NCBI GenBank assembly: GCA_951406725.2 | Contig: OX597818.1 | Span: 133,238,001-133,302,000, forward strand | DNA length: 64,000 bases | Reading direction: 5' to 3' | Source: Octopus vulgaris | Taxonomy: Eukaryota | Shown: positions 13,380 through 25,100 of the stretch, piece by piece | How the letters are laid out: the number at the start of each line of letters is the position of its first letter | Position numbering within the stretch: the stretch's first letter is position 1 | The notes under the pieces: generated by a model | What the model was told of the DNA's origin: nothing | Databases searched by the model: none | What the model saw: the letters and a program-made list of their open reading frames with translations, nothing else | Translations under genes and position numbers: made by a program

Positions 13380-13835
13380 TCATCATCACCATCATCATCA
13401 TCATCATCATTTAGCGTCCGTTTTCCATGCTAGCATGGATTGGACGGTTCAACTGGGGTCTGTGAAGCCAGAAGGCTGCATCAGGCCCAGTCTGATCTGG
13501 CAGTGTTTCTACGGCTGATCAGACGCCAACCACTCCATGAGTGTAGTGGGTGCTTTTTACGTGCCACCCACACAGGAGCCAGACGGAGCTGGCGAACGGC
13601 CACGAATGGATGGTGCTTTTACGTGCCACCGGCACGGGGGCCAGGCGAGGCTGGCAACGGACACGAACAGATGGTGCTTTTACATGCCACCGGCACGGAG
13701 GCCAGACGGGGCGGTGCTGGCAATGGCCACGAACGGATGGAGCATTTTACATGCCACCGGCACGGGGGACAGGCGAGGCTGGCAACAGCCACAAATGGAT
13801 GATGCTTTTTACGTGTCACCAGGACGGAGGCCAGT
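13380..13835 (-). mobile_element. SINE family B with five internal ~60-bp repeats
   Basis: Repeated ggtgctttttacgtgccaccggcacgg units. Confidence 0.85.
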
Positions 13836-13941
13836 CGAAACTTATATATATAGTTCAAATTCACAGAAAACAAAAGATGCATTCAGATATAGGAACAACA
13901 AGGAGGTGTATTAATTTAACATTCAGGAAGACTGGAAAAGT

Positions 13942-13977
13942 CTTTTACATTTTGAGCCTACACTCTTCAACAGAAAG
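13942..13977 (-). ncRNA. Degenerate minimal hammerhead-like motif
   Basis: Reverse complement: CTTT-CTGTTGA-A-GAG-TGTAGG-CTC-AAAA-TG-TA-AAAG. Confidence 0.45.
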
Positions 13978-14039
13978 GATTAAGAAGAAATCGAATGAGA
14001 GAGAATGAAAAAGAACAGATATATATATATATATATATC

Positions 14040-14334
14040 TGTAAATGTAATATGTGACAATTATTCGGTAGCCATGATAAAACTCCGAGTTTTGGATGCT
14101 GAGGTGGAAATCCACGTTGCCATCTCTTCAGTTATCCAGCCATCGAAAAAATGCTATGAAAAATGACCGTTATACAAAGGGAAATTACTGTGTGATTGAC
14201 CGTCGTTAAGACAAAAGGGCTATTCAAATGACCACTAAGTAAGGGGAGGGAGTAAAGTAAGGGGGTAAAAAAGTTCATAGTAATCGCGTAAGCATGCCTG
14301 TTCTTACCTATATGTGAGCTTGCACCATTTTTAT

Positions 14335-14338
<4 letters not shown>
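14040..14338 (-). mobile_element. Small HHR-bearing element between (TA)n tracts
   Basis: CpG-retaining ~300-bp island bounded by TA repeats; contains an HHR. Confidence 0.55.
14076..14136 (-). ncRNA. Type I hammerhead motif with GAAA>AAAA change
   Basis: Reverse complement: GATAA-CTGAAGA-GATG...CATC-C-AAAA-CTCGGAG-TT-TTATC. Confidence 0.65.
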
Positions 14339-14384
<46 letters not shown>

Positions 14385-14391
<7 letters not shown>

Positions 14392-14630
14392 TAAATTAGA
14401 GATAAAACCACTATTAGGCAAATCAAACAATGAAAAACATAAGCCAATACATAAAATTAATTAATTTATATTATTTTAAATATATATCAAAAGTATTAAA
14501 AGTTTAATAAAAGATAAAGAGTAAAACACTAAGATCGTTTCATGGCTGTACAATTCGTAATAATTCGAGTTATGGTTACAGTCAATCTTCAGGTAATTGA
14601 AATATTTATCTTAGCGATATATTATTTATA
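14385..14630 (-). mobile_element. Small HHR-bearing element at (TA)n
   Basis: Shares sequence (ttaaattagagataaaaccactattaggcaaatc and the HHR) with 51442-51770 in the opposite orientation. Confidence 0.6.
14527..14595 (-). ncRNA. Type I hammerhead motif, paralogue of 51483-51545
   Basis: Reverse complement: TAC-CTGAAGA-TTGACTGTA...TACAGCCAT-GAAA-CGATCT-TA-GTG. Confidence 0.7.
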
Positions 14631-15329
14631 TAATTACACCTAAAATGTATACACAAATACATATTGATATGTGTATACATTTCTGTGTATGTGTGACTGT
14701 GAGTTCATATCTCTTTGTCTTGAGATTGCACCCTAATTGTAAGCAAATATTAGCCTCATACAAGCAGTGCCATTCATTTGCAATCTGCCATTAAAACATG
14801 TCCAGCCAATGTGCTGTTTGTGTTCAAAGGAAAACACATGTAAAAAAAAAAACTACCTTGCTTGTAAGCAAGGAAAGGTTTGTGAAAAATGAAAAAAAGG
14901 ATCCACCCATAGAAAATCTACCTCGATGAATTTCACTTGACTCATGCAAGTATGTGAAAGAGGGAATTAAAATAATAACAGTGTCAGTGACAATTATAGT
15001 GGTGATGATGACAATGATGATGATAACAATAATGATGATGATGATGTAGCCTATGTTTGTTAGTTCTAAATCCATAATTATTGTCTTTTACATGTAAGAG
15101 TCATGACTAAAAGTAAATTAGAAAACAGGTTAGACACTGGGTATTTATCAGAAACTTATGCTATTTAAAATATTCATTTATCTGTGGAAAAAACAGTCAT
15201 GTTATGACTACAGTCAATTACCTCAAACTTCTAAAAATGCATAACTTATCAACTCCCATTTAGCACATGGAAAACTCTGCCTCAGAAATAATTATCATTA
15301 AATAAATAATAAATTTTATAGACAAGCAT

Positions 15330-15412
15330 CTATCTATCTCCCTATCTCTCTCTCTCTCTCTCTCTAAATATGTATATATATATATATACACACAGATATA
15401 TATACATATATA

Positions 15413-15457
<45 letters not shown>

Positions 15458-15550
15458 GTACGTACGTACATACATACATACATACATACATACATACATA
15501 CATACATACATACATACATACATACATACATACATACATACATACATACA

Positions 15551-15582
<32 letters not shown>
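15330..15582. repeat. Compound (CT)/(TA)/(TACA)n microsatellite
   Basis: Directly visible. Confidence 0.95.
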
Positions 15583-15583
<1 letters not shown>

Positions 15584-16924
15584 TCTATCATGTTTAAAGG
15601 AAATTATTTATAAAATATAGGAATAAATATCAAGCAGAACCACCTGGGATACATTCTAAAGTATAAACTTATTCAGTGAAATATTACAGAAGTTGCCTTT
15701 GACAATTAGGCAGCATAAATCACAGTTATCTATGTGCATAAAACTATTAATTTTGCTAACTTCAATCAATGAAATGCATTGTTCTTAAATGTAAAATGCT
15801 TGCTGCAATATTTACTCATCTACCTTGGGACTCATTAAACAGTAGGATGCCTGCATGAAAATATGCAGATGTGCAGCAGGGATTTAAAACAATAGAGAAC
15901 AGTAAAAATTAGGAATATTAGAGAAAATTGACAAACAAAACCCTGGTCTATGGATATCATTATTTTATATTCTTCGAAGGTGTCTCATACCCACAGCAAT
16001 TTAAGGCCTGCCTAACACACGCCTGGCTATGATGCCACTTACACAAGCCATACTTACAACAACTATAGGATGCATATATCTGTGCATATGATTGTTTGCT
16101 ACACACACTGGCATACATTGATATCTAGAGTTTGCTTAAAGCAATGCACAATTCATTAGGTTACTATTTTGATGAATCACTGGATAAATCTGTCACTAAA
16201 ATAAATATAATTTCTAATGATGGTGGAACTATATCTTCAATACAGTTGTTAACATCTTGGATGCAAAGAACACAAACATATCAGGAATAAATTGTTGAGA
16301 GTCAGAATTAATAGCAATTGCTAATGGCATCAATTGGGCATGCTATTGCTAGCATAAAAAAAAAAAAAAACATTTACTAATAGAAACTTTCTTGCTATAT
16401 ACTTTCTAACTGAAGGCAATTTAGTCTGCATTCATGTCTGTTCCATTATTGGAGGGGAATAAAAAATAATAAAACATATTTTATGTATAAGGAAGTTTTT
16501 GTTACATTTTTCTTCATTTTAGCAGAGCATTTTAAAAATTGAAGTTGGTCAAAAACACACAATTGATTCTTTTATGTACATGAATCAATAACATAATTTT
16601 TTTTTTTTAATCTTTGTATGTAAATGATTTCTATTTAAATACACTACAACATACAATTTAATGGCTAACTTTGACTTTTCCTTTTTTGTTTATTTTATCA
16701 TACAGATTTTTATCTTAGGTAAAAACGATCTAAAACGTTTAATATTGCTTATTGAAAACATTGAGATTCTTTACATACACAGAAAAATGCATAAATATAT
16801 TAAGTAGAGACCCAACAACTAATAAAATCAGCGTTTTATATGTATGTTGTAAATCTATTACTTTGTCAATTACACTTTCCATGAATTTTTAGCAATTAAA
16901 GTTTGTTATAAAACATCAAATGAT

Positions 16925-17060
16925 CTATAATAACAAATTGCCTTTATTAATATTTACTTTTCAATAAGAATTCTATAATAATAAATTGCTATTATTAATA
17001 TTTACCCTTCTATCGGTATAATCTGATAATAAATAGCCTTTATTAATATTTATTCTCCTA
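16925..17060. repeat. Three imperfect ~50-bp tandem units followed by a TA-rich low-complexity tract (to 17307)
   Basis: ataacaaattgcctttattaatatttac repeated. Confidence 0.7.
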
Positions 17061-17097
17061 TAAATATACACACGTGTATGTGGGGGTGGTGTATATA

Positions 17098-17150
<53 letters not shown>

Positions 17151-17260
17151 TGTGTGTATTATATATAATGCATATATATGTATTTATAAATATGTTTGTA
17201 TGTATATAATATAAAATATACATATGTATAATATATCTATATATATACATGCATATATGA

Positions 17261-17308
<48 letters not shown>

Positions 17309-17958
17309 CAAGAGTTGATCTTCATTAGCTACTAATAAAGCTAAATATAAACCTGAAGAACTGAGATATTGCCAACACAGCATCAGAGACTACTTTTACC
17401 TTCAAATTCTCAACTAATTCTTAAAACTTCTACACAGTATCAGTAAACAAGGGTTATGAGAATAAATGTATATCACTAATACAATTCAATGCATTTCAAA
17501 CATTTGTTGTCTTACCATTTCTATCAACATACATATATATATTTACTCATACACACACATGTATATAAAATGGAAAACCTTTAGCTGTAATAGTACATTA
17601 TAAGACTGTGTATACATTCCTTCTATGCTATCAATGTGAAGAAAAAATAGAGGGACGTTTTTCAATGGGCCCTTTCACATTTTGCTGATTGCTCCCCGGA
17701 AAAGACACACACATTCTGTTTTATAAACCACTTATGTTTTGACTGCTATAGATTCAGGAAAGGAGAATGGGCATGACTTCTCTGAGGAGCTTTCAACAAA
17801 TCATAAAACAGTCTATCAGGAAACTAACTCCTCTTATCATAGATCAAAAGCATAGAAGAAATGTGTGAAGATTTTCATAAGTTACTAACTTTCTAATGTT
17901 AAAGGCTTTCTAATGTTTAAAATTTATGTCATTCTTTCTGATTAATACTGTAGTGTAC

Positions 17959-17998
<40 letters not shown>

Positions 17999-18001
<3 letters not shown>

Positions 18002-18172
18002 AGAATTCACAAAAAAAAAAAACAAAAGACAAAGACAGGTGGTGTAGACAACAAACAGATGTATTAGTTTAATGCTTGGGAAGTGAAGAAGTCTTTAACA
18101 TTTCGAGCCTACACTCTTCCACATAAAGGAACACAGAAAGAAACAAGGAGAGAAAATAAAGAGAGAAAAAGG
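17999..18172 (-). mobile_element. Small decayed HHR-bearing element at (TA)n
   Basis: Similar to 13850-14020 (aattcacaaaaaa..ggtgt..tattagtttaa..tttcgagcctacactcttc). Confidence 0.5.
18093..18128 (-). ncRNA. Degenerate minimal hammerhead-like motif, paralogue of 13942-13977
   Basis: Reverse complement: CTTT-ATGTGGA-A-GAG-TGTAGG-CTC-GAAA-TG-TT-AAAG; core decayed. Confidence 0.4.
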
Positions 18173-18230
<58 letters not shown>

Positions 18231-19174
18231 CATATGCACATATATATGTCTATACATATATGTGTGTGTATTTGAGTATTACTGTCACCTTGCCTTGACA
18301 TCATGTGATAGTTGTAACAAGTGTCAGTATCATGTAAGTGGTCTCTCTCATTTTGCAATGCTCTGTGAAAACATACCTGGTCTTGGGGAAATATTACCTT
18401 ATTTGGAAACAGATGAAAAGCTGTGACAGAATGGACATCAGGTGTGTTTTTTATGTCTCAACAAACTCTGTTTAACCCAAGCAAGTATGGGAAAATGGAC
18501 ATTAAAACAATAACGATGAGGATACCTTTTTATCATTTATTTGTTTAAGTCATTAAACTGTGCCCATGCTGGGGCACCACCTTGAAGAATTTTTAGTTGG
18601 ACGAATGTTCCATGTGAAGAGTTGCATAATATTTGCAGAATTAAATACTAGAGTGGCACTTCTTCAGACATGCATCAAAGGTACACTCTTACAATATATT
18701 TTACTCTTTGCTAAACTCACAAATTAATTTTACCAATGACACCTGCATTTTCTACACCAGAAGATTTTTGATCATACTTAAGGCTACAATTCAAGCATAT
18801 AGACAGTCTCAACCTTGGGTTGCATGCTGCATTGAAAATACCCTGTCTTTTTACCATTTAAGGACCTTAACATATATTACGGGCTGGGATTGCCACGCAG
18901 TGATGTGTAAAAATGCAATGTTATAACCAGTACAAATATACCAGTGGCATGTTCTGACTTGTGAAGAAGTCATTCACTGTATTTTGTCATGGAGAAAATT
19001 TCTCACTATAGGACAAATGGTATCAATGCACCTAAATCGTGGCACCTATCTAGGCTGTGAGATGCAAGCATTTCACAGTGGTTATCTTCTCCTCAGTCAC
19101 AGAAACTGAGCAATGGTGCTGCGAGCTGAGAAGAGAGACAATCTATCGTGTTATTCCAGTCAAAATATGTCTTT

Positions 19175-19862
19175 TATCTTTTACCATTTACTTGTCTGTC
19201 ATTTGATTGTGGCCATGCTGGGGTACCACATTGAAGAACTTTTTAAAGCCTGGTACTTATTCTATCAGTCACTTTTGCTGAACCACTAAGTTACTGGGAC
19301 ATGAATAAATCAGCACTGATTGTCAAGCAGTTTGAAGGTACATACACAGATGCAAAGACATATATATATATCATCATCATCATCATCATCATCATCATTT
19401 AACGTTTGTTGTCCATACTGGCATAGTTGGATGGTTTGACTAGGGCTGGCAAGTTAGAAGGTTGCGCCAGACTCCAGTCTGATTTGGCATGGGTTCTACA
19501 GCTGGACGCCCTTCCTAATGCCAACCACTCTGAGAGTGTAATGGATGCTTTTATGTTGACACCAGTATCTGCCATGACTACAATTTTACTTGGCTTAATG
19601 GGTCATCTTCTCAAGCATGGCATAATGCCAAACGTCTCAGTCATTTGTTATTGCTTCTGGAAGACCAACACTCAACAGGTGCTTTATATATATATATATA
19701 TACATATATGACGGGGTTCTTTCAGTTTTGGTCTACCAAGTCCACTCACAAAGCTTTGGTCAGCCTGAGGCTATAGTAGAAGATACTTGCCCAAGGTGTG
19801 ATGCAATGGGACTGAGCCTTGAACCATGTGGTTGAGAAGCAATCTTCTTATCACACAGCCAT
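19175..19862 (-). mobile_element. SINE family A interrupted by a family B element (19371-19680)
   Basis: 3' half at 19175-19340, 5' half at 19685-19862. Confidence 0.7.
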
Positions 19863-20039
19863 ATGATATGATATGATATATATATATATTAAATTTTGAA
19901 AGTCATGATAGCCATTAAAGTGATATTTGCTTTTGTTGTGTTTGTAATATAGCATTTTTTACAATAACTCTACGTACCTCACTCAGTTACCACTACATTG
20001 CTGGAAGACTATTCTTGGGCAGTTTTTGTGGACTGTGAT

Positions 20040-20087
<48 letters not shown>

Positions 20088-20446
20088 GTGTGTGTGTTTG
20101 TGTGCACGTGCACAAATGAGAAAGTAGTTTTTTCTTCAAATTTTATTGTTTTCAAATTTAATTCCTATTTCATTTTAGCATTATTTTCTGTTTCAAATTG
20201 CTATTATCTTATGTGCTCTGAATGCTCTTCATCGGATTATATGCACACTTATTTATAACTTCACATTTAACTAATATGAATTTTTTCACACACACACACA
20301 TGCATATTTATTTATAATGATAATGATGATGATTTTAATGTATGTGTATACACACACATATGTTTGTGTGTGCCTTGTAAGGGAGACATGGCCTGGGCCA
20401 ATAATGACCAAAATGTATCCAAGTTACATATATGCATGTGTGTGTG

Positions 20447-20496
<50 letters not shown>

Positions 20497-20629
20497 CATA
20501 TATACATATATGAATATGTATATACACACTCACAATTACCTGTCCTTATGTAAGCATGCAATTTCTCTGATATATATGATGCATATATTCATTTTTTACT
20601 GATACAATGGAACATATAACATTTACATA

Positions 20630-21312
20630 GGCATGATGAAAAAGGGATGTCAGAAACATCTAGATAACACCCCAGGAGAACCAAGTCTCAGAGAAATCCC
20701 CAAAAACAACAACAATACTGATAATAATAATAAAACACCAGGACTTATTGATGTATATAACATGCAGAAAATAGCACTACTAGTCACCATGCACATCCTA
20801 TGTAAAGCACTTTCAATGCAGTGAAAGTAAGAGCACCACAACAAACCACAGCACATACTCTAGGCACCTGATAAAAATAAGACTATTGGATAATAATGAT
20901 AATAATAATGGACAAGGTGCACCACATATGCTACATAGTTGGTGTTGCATGTTCCTTTGACCCACAAATAGTCAAGGAAAAGATAGATAAATTCAACCCT
21001 CTTAAGTATGAAATAGACCATCTATGAAAAATGAAGAAGGAGAAGTTAATGGCAATTATTGTTGGGACCTTGGGAACAGCATCAGAAGGCATCAAGGGTT
21101 AGGGTTAAAGGAAGTTGGAATAGAGTACCCAGTAGAACTATTATGAAAGGTTTGCCTCCTCGGCACGGCCAGAATAATCAGAAAAATATTATTTGAAACA
21201 AATGGCTAGCATGGTACTGTAGGCTGCATGTAGCAAGCCTGCTACACATGCAAGACTCCAGGAGCTCCAACAAAACCTGTGATAAAGAGAAATAATAATA
21301 ATAATAATAATG
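20630..21312 (+). mobile_element. R4/Dong-like (REL endonuclease) LINE 3' fragments in (AAT)n context
   Basis: MQKIALLVTMHILCKAL and IIVGTLGT...KVCLLGTARIIRKIL match the C-terminal QK.ALLGTA.ILRK motif; fragments end in (AAT)n, the known Dong target. Confidence 0.75.
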
Positions 21313-21676
21313 ATAAGTAAAAAGGATTAATAAATCTAGACAGATATCTATAAAGCACTCAGTGTTATATGAATTTGTTTAGCTACATAAAGCACACACA
21401 CATTAGTATATTTAATGTGGTTAATAACTTTATTTGACAGTATTTCAGATAAAGAATATGTTCAAAAACTAGTTAAACTTCATTTTATGGAAAAAAAAAA
21501 AAAAAGATTCAACTAAAATCAACACTGAAAACTTGTTTAGTACAAAGTGGTGTTTGAAAGGAATGTGTCTCTGCTTTGGCATTGATTAAAATTTTAAAGT
21601 TGGACAAGATTATATAAAACAAAGTATCATAAGTCAAGAGCTGGGGTTGATTTAATATTCCCATAATTCATACTAG

Positions 21677-21885
21677 ATGTGAATGGAATTATAATAGAAG
21701 ACCTTCGATGACCACATGCAACAGAACTCAACTTATAACATTCAGATGTAATCATTCCATTTTCAATTTGACAAGAACGGCAGTTAATGAAGAGAAACTT
21801 ATTCATTAGACGTAGAATTATTTATAGATTACACTTCAATATTTGAAGAAGATACGGCATTCTGGTCTCATGGAAGTAATTACAG
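21677..21885 (+). pseudogene. Candidate exon ending SIFEEDTAFWSHGSNY, with internal frameshift
   Basis: tactag acceptor, CAG|gtaaaa donor; two long partial frames. Confidence 0.45.
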
Positions 21886-22076
21886 GTAAAAAATATATAA
21901 AGATGTTCTGTTGTTGAGATTTATTTCATATATAAAGATGTTCTGTAGGTGGTAATATTTTCATTTGCTATATCTCCATCATATATAACATATGGCCCTT
22001 AGGGGTCCATAAATCTTGCTTGTTAAAAATTATGTGCAAAATTTGCTTATATTTCTACAATACATAAAATATTTTA

Positions 22077-22480
22077 ACAGGAGTGGCTGTGTGGTAAGTA
22101 GCTTGCTTACGAACCACATGGTTCCAGGTTCAGTCCCACTGCATGGTACCTTGGGCAAATGTCTTCTACTATACCCTCAGGCCGACCAAAGCCTTGTGAA
22201 TGGATTTGGTAGATGGAAAGTGAAAGAAGCCCGTCATATATATGTATATATATGTATGTATGTATGTGTGTAAATGTTTGTGTGTCTGTGTTTGTCCCTA
22301 CCAACATCGCTTGACAACCAATGCTGGTGTGTTTACATCCCTGTAATTTAGCGGTTCGGCAAAGAATCTAATAGAATAAGTACTAGGCTTACAAAGAATA
22401 AGTCCTGGGGTTGATTTGCTCGACTAAAGGCGGTGCTCCAGCATGGCCACAGTCAAATGACTGAAACAAGTAAAAGAGTA
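22077..22480 (+). mobile_element. tRNA-derived SINE family A
   Basis: Family consensus. Confidence 0.9.
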
Positions 22481-22523
22481 ATGTTTTTTTATACAATACC
22501 TAAATAATATTTAATTATAAGGA

Positions 22524-23089
22524 TATTCTTTTATTCTTTTATTTGTTTCAGTCATTTGACTGCAGCCATGCTGGAACACCACCTTTAGTCAAACAAATTG
22601 ACCCTAGTACTTATTCTATCAATCTCTTTTGCCAAACTGCTATGTTACGGAGATGTAAACACACCAACATCAGTTGTCAAGCAATGATGGGGAGACAAAG
22701 ACAGACACACAATCATATATATATACATATATATATATACATATATATACAATGAGCTTCTTTCAGTTTCCATCTACCAAATCCACTCACAAGGCTGTGG
22801 TTGGCCTGAGACTATAGTAGAAGCCCCGAAAGGATGAAAGGCAAAGCCGAGGTCGACTTTGCCTTTCATCCTTTCGGGGTCGATAAATTAAGTACCAGTT
22901 ACGCACTGGGGTCGATGTAGTTGACTTAATCCCTTTGTCTGTCCTTGTTTGTCCCCTCTGTGTTTAGCCCCTTGTGGGTAGTAAAGAAATATATAGTAGA
23001 AGACACTTGCCCAAGGTGCCATGCAGTGGGATGGAAAACAGAACCGTGTGGTTGGTAAACAAGTTACTTACCACACACACACTCCTGTG
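22524..23089 (-). mobile_element. SINE family A interrupted by SINE family C (22824-22991)
   Basis: 11-bp TSD tatagtagaag at 22813-22823 and 22992-23002. Confidence 0.85.
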
Positions 23090-24020
23090 CCAATGATAGG
23101 ATTTTTTAAACATCAAACAACTATGATGGTCTGCCTGAGTAAAACTGGTATTGAAGGAACCCACAGGCAAAAAATGTTTGAGAATCACTAATATATATGT
23201 TTCATATATTCTAGGTTCAATTTTAATCATTGTCAATTCTGATTCCATCTCATCACAATCGGTTGAAATAAATCTCAACAAATTGTTGTTAATTTAATGA
23301 ATATACCCTTACACCAATGCACAACTGGTCATGGACAGCTAATGAAAACAAATCAGGAAAATATATATAAAAGTGACAAAAATAGTAGTGGGTAGCAGAA
23401 TGAGAAGATTATGGAAAAGAAATGTTTTAAGGTATTTCCTTACATTCACCTCTAAGTTACATGTTCAAATCTGTCTTTTATGCATTCCTAAATCAATAAA
23501 AAAAGTACCCATCAAATATCAGGGGTGGGTGGTTAAATGGTCTATATACCTCCTCTTCTCCTAAATGTCTGGTCCTGCCAACATCAGGCATCAATATCTA
23601 AAGATGACAAAACATAACTGTGATAATATAAAAGAATAAATAAAGAAGTTTATTTTGATTCAAGTTGTCATCAGATTTGATTTGTGGCACCATTTACTTG
23701 AAACTTAGTCTTAGTTTTAATCTGGAAATCTAATGTACCATCATATATTGTTTCATAGGAGATACTTTGTTTGATGAAATATTAGAAGTTGAGAAACTGG
23801 TTCAAATAACTTGAATACCATAAATAATAGATACAACTAAAAAGCAAAAAAGAAATCCCTAAAAGATAAGAAATTTAAACAAATATTTAAAAAAAAATTA
23901 AGAACATATTTTGAAGTGGTAATGACAAAACATAAGAAAAAAGTAACAACATTGAAAAGATGTATTTATTCATACTGTTGTACTGCATCTGAACACTGTA
24001 TACAATAAGCTCATCATCAG

Positions 24021-24062
<42 letters not shown>

Positions 24063-24077
24063 TTTTCTTTTTTTTAG

Positions 24078-24118
24078 GTAATTATATGGACAAATTTATA
24101 TTTCACCTCATTCTCATT
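24078..24118 (+). pseudogene. Candidate exon VIIWTNLYFTSFS followed by a 62-nt canonical intron (24119-24180)
   Basis: T-tract-AG acceptor, gtaagt donor, next acceptor ttttgttattttag at 24180. Confidence 0.55.
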
Positions 24119-24612
24119 GTAAGTTGTTTTTTTTATACTTTTTTCCAAGAAATAACATTTTAAATATTTTGTTATTTTAGACACTCTTATGAATCATGAT
24201 CATCTACTGTTACATACAAACTATTAAATTTTACACGAGCAGAGCAACAAGAAAGATCCTAGAAATAGCAGTAAAAACTCTCTCATATCTCACTCCATCA
24301 TCTTAAGAACAGAAAGATGCATTTAGATAATGCAATCCTGAATAAAGTATCAGGCAATAAGGAATAAAAAAAATTATCAGGTAGTCAATAAAAAAAATTA
24401 TCAGGTACATCATAGGTTTGTTTATTCAGGACTGGCCCAGGGCTTAAACTACAAGAACAACTTATTTTACACCTACATGTCATATTATAGAGAACAAGCA
24501 AGATATGCCAACTAAATGATTTTTTAGAGTAGAACAGAATTAGTTTCAACAGTAGAATAAGAACATTTTATAAGCTTTTTGTCTGAGGATATTCATGATA
24601 CTTTCTCTTCAG

Positions 24613-24779
24613 GTTTTCCAGCTGAAAATAACTTTTGGTTCCACCTTGTGATTAGGGACTGTCCCCAGATCATAATAAGTCCTTGGGCAAAACAATACAT
24701 TGGAGCCCCTACATATACAACCACAGAATATATAGATTAGCATCAGGTCCCTTTTAAGTGTTATTGGTCTATTTTTAGG
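24613..24779 (+). pseudogene. Candidate exon GFPAENNFWFHLVIRDCPQ...EYID*HQVPFKCYWSIFR
   Basis: ctttctcttcag acceptor, gtgagc donor, single TAG at 24738-24740 in a 55-codon frame. Confidence 0.55.
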
Positions 24780-25055
24780 GTGAGCTTCTTTTCAGATTTA
24801 TGAACTACTGACAGATTATATATACATATATATTAATCTTTTATTCTTTTACTTGTTTCAGTCCCTGGGATAATGCTTTGAAGTGTTTAGTTAAACAAAT
24901 TGACCTTAGTACTTATTTTTTAAAACTGGTATTTATTCTATTGGTCTCTTTTGCTAAATTGCTAAGTTATAGGGTTGTAAACAAACCAACATTAAAAGCA
25001 GCAGAGGAACCAACACAAGACACACACACACAACGCCCTTCTCTCTCTCTCTCAC

Positions 25056-25100
<45 letters not shown>

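Noticed and set aside
13545-13835. CRISPR-like repeat-spacer pattern
   Set aside because: Spacers are mutually similar, the context is a eukaryotic SINE, and there are no cas genes
13440-14008. Longest ORFs in the track (120-152 aa)
   Set aside because: They translate the internal tandem repeat of SINE family B and are open in several frames
15260-15597. YVCM/HTYI-type ORFs here and at 12.6, 17.0, 28.8, 30.4, 41.1 and 59.9 kb
   Set aside because: Microsatellite translations
18760-19175. Possible hAT DNA-transposon remnant
   Set aside because: No paired TIRs/TSD or transposase motif could be confirmed by eye
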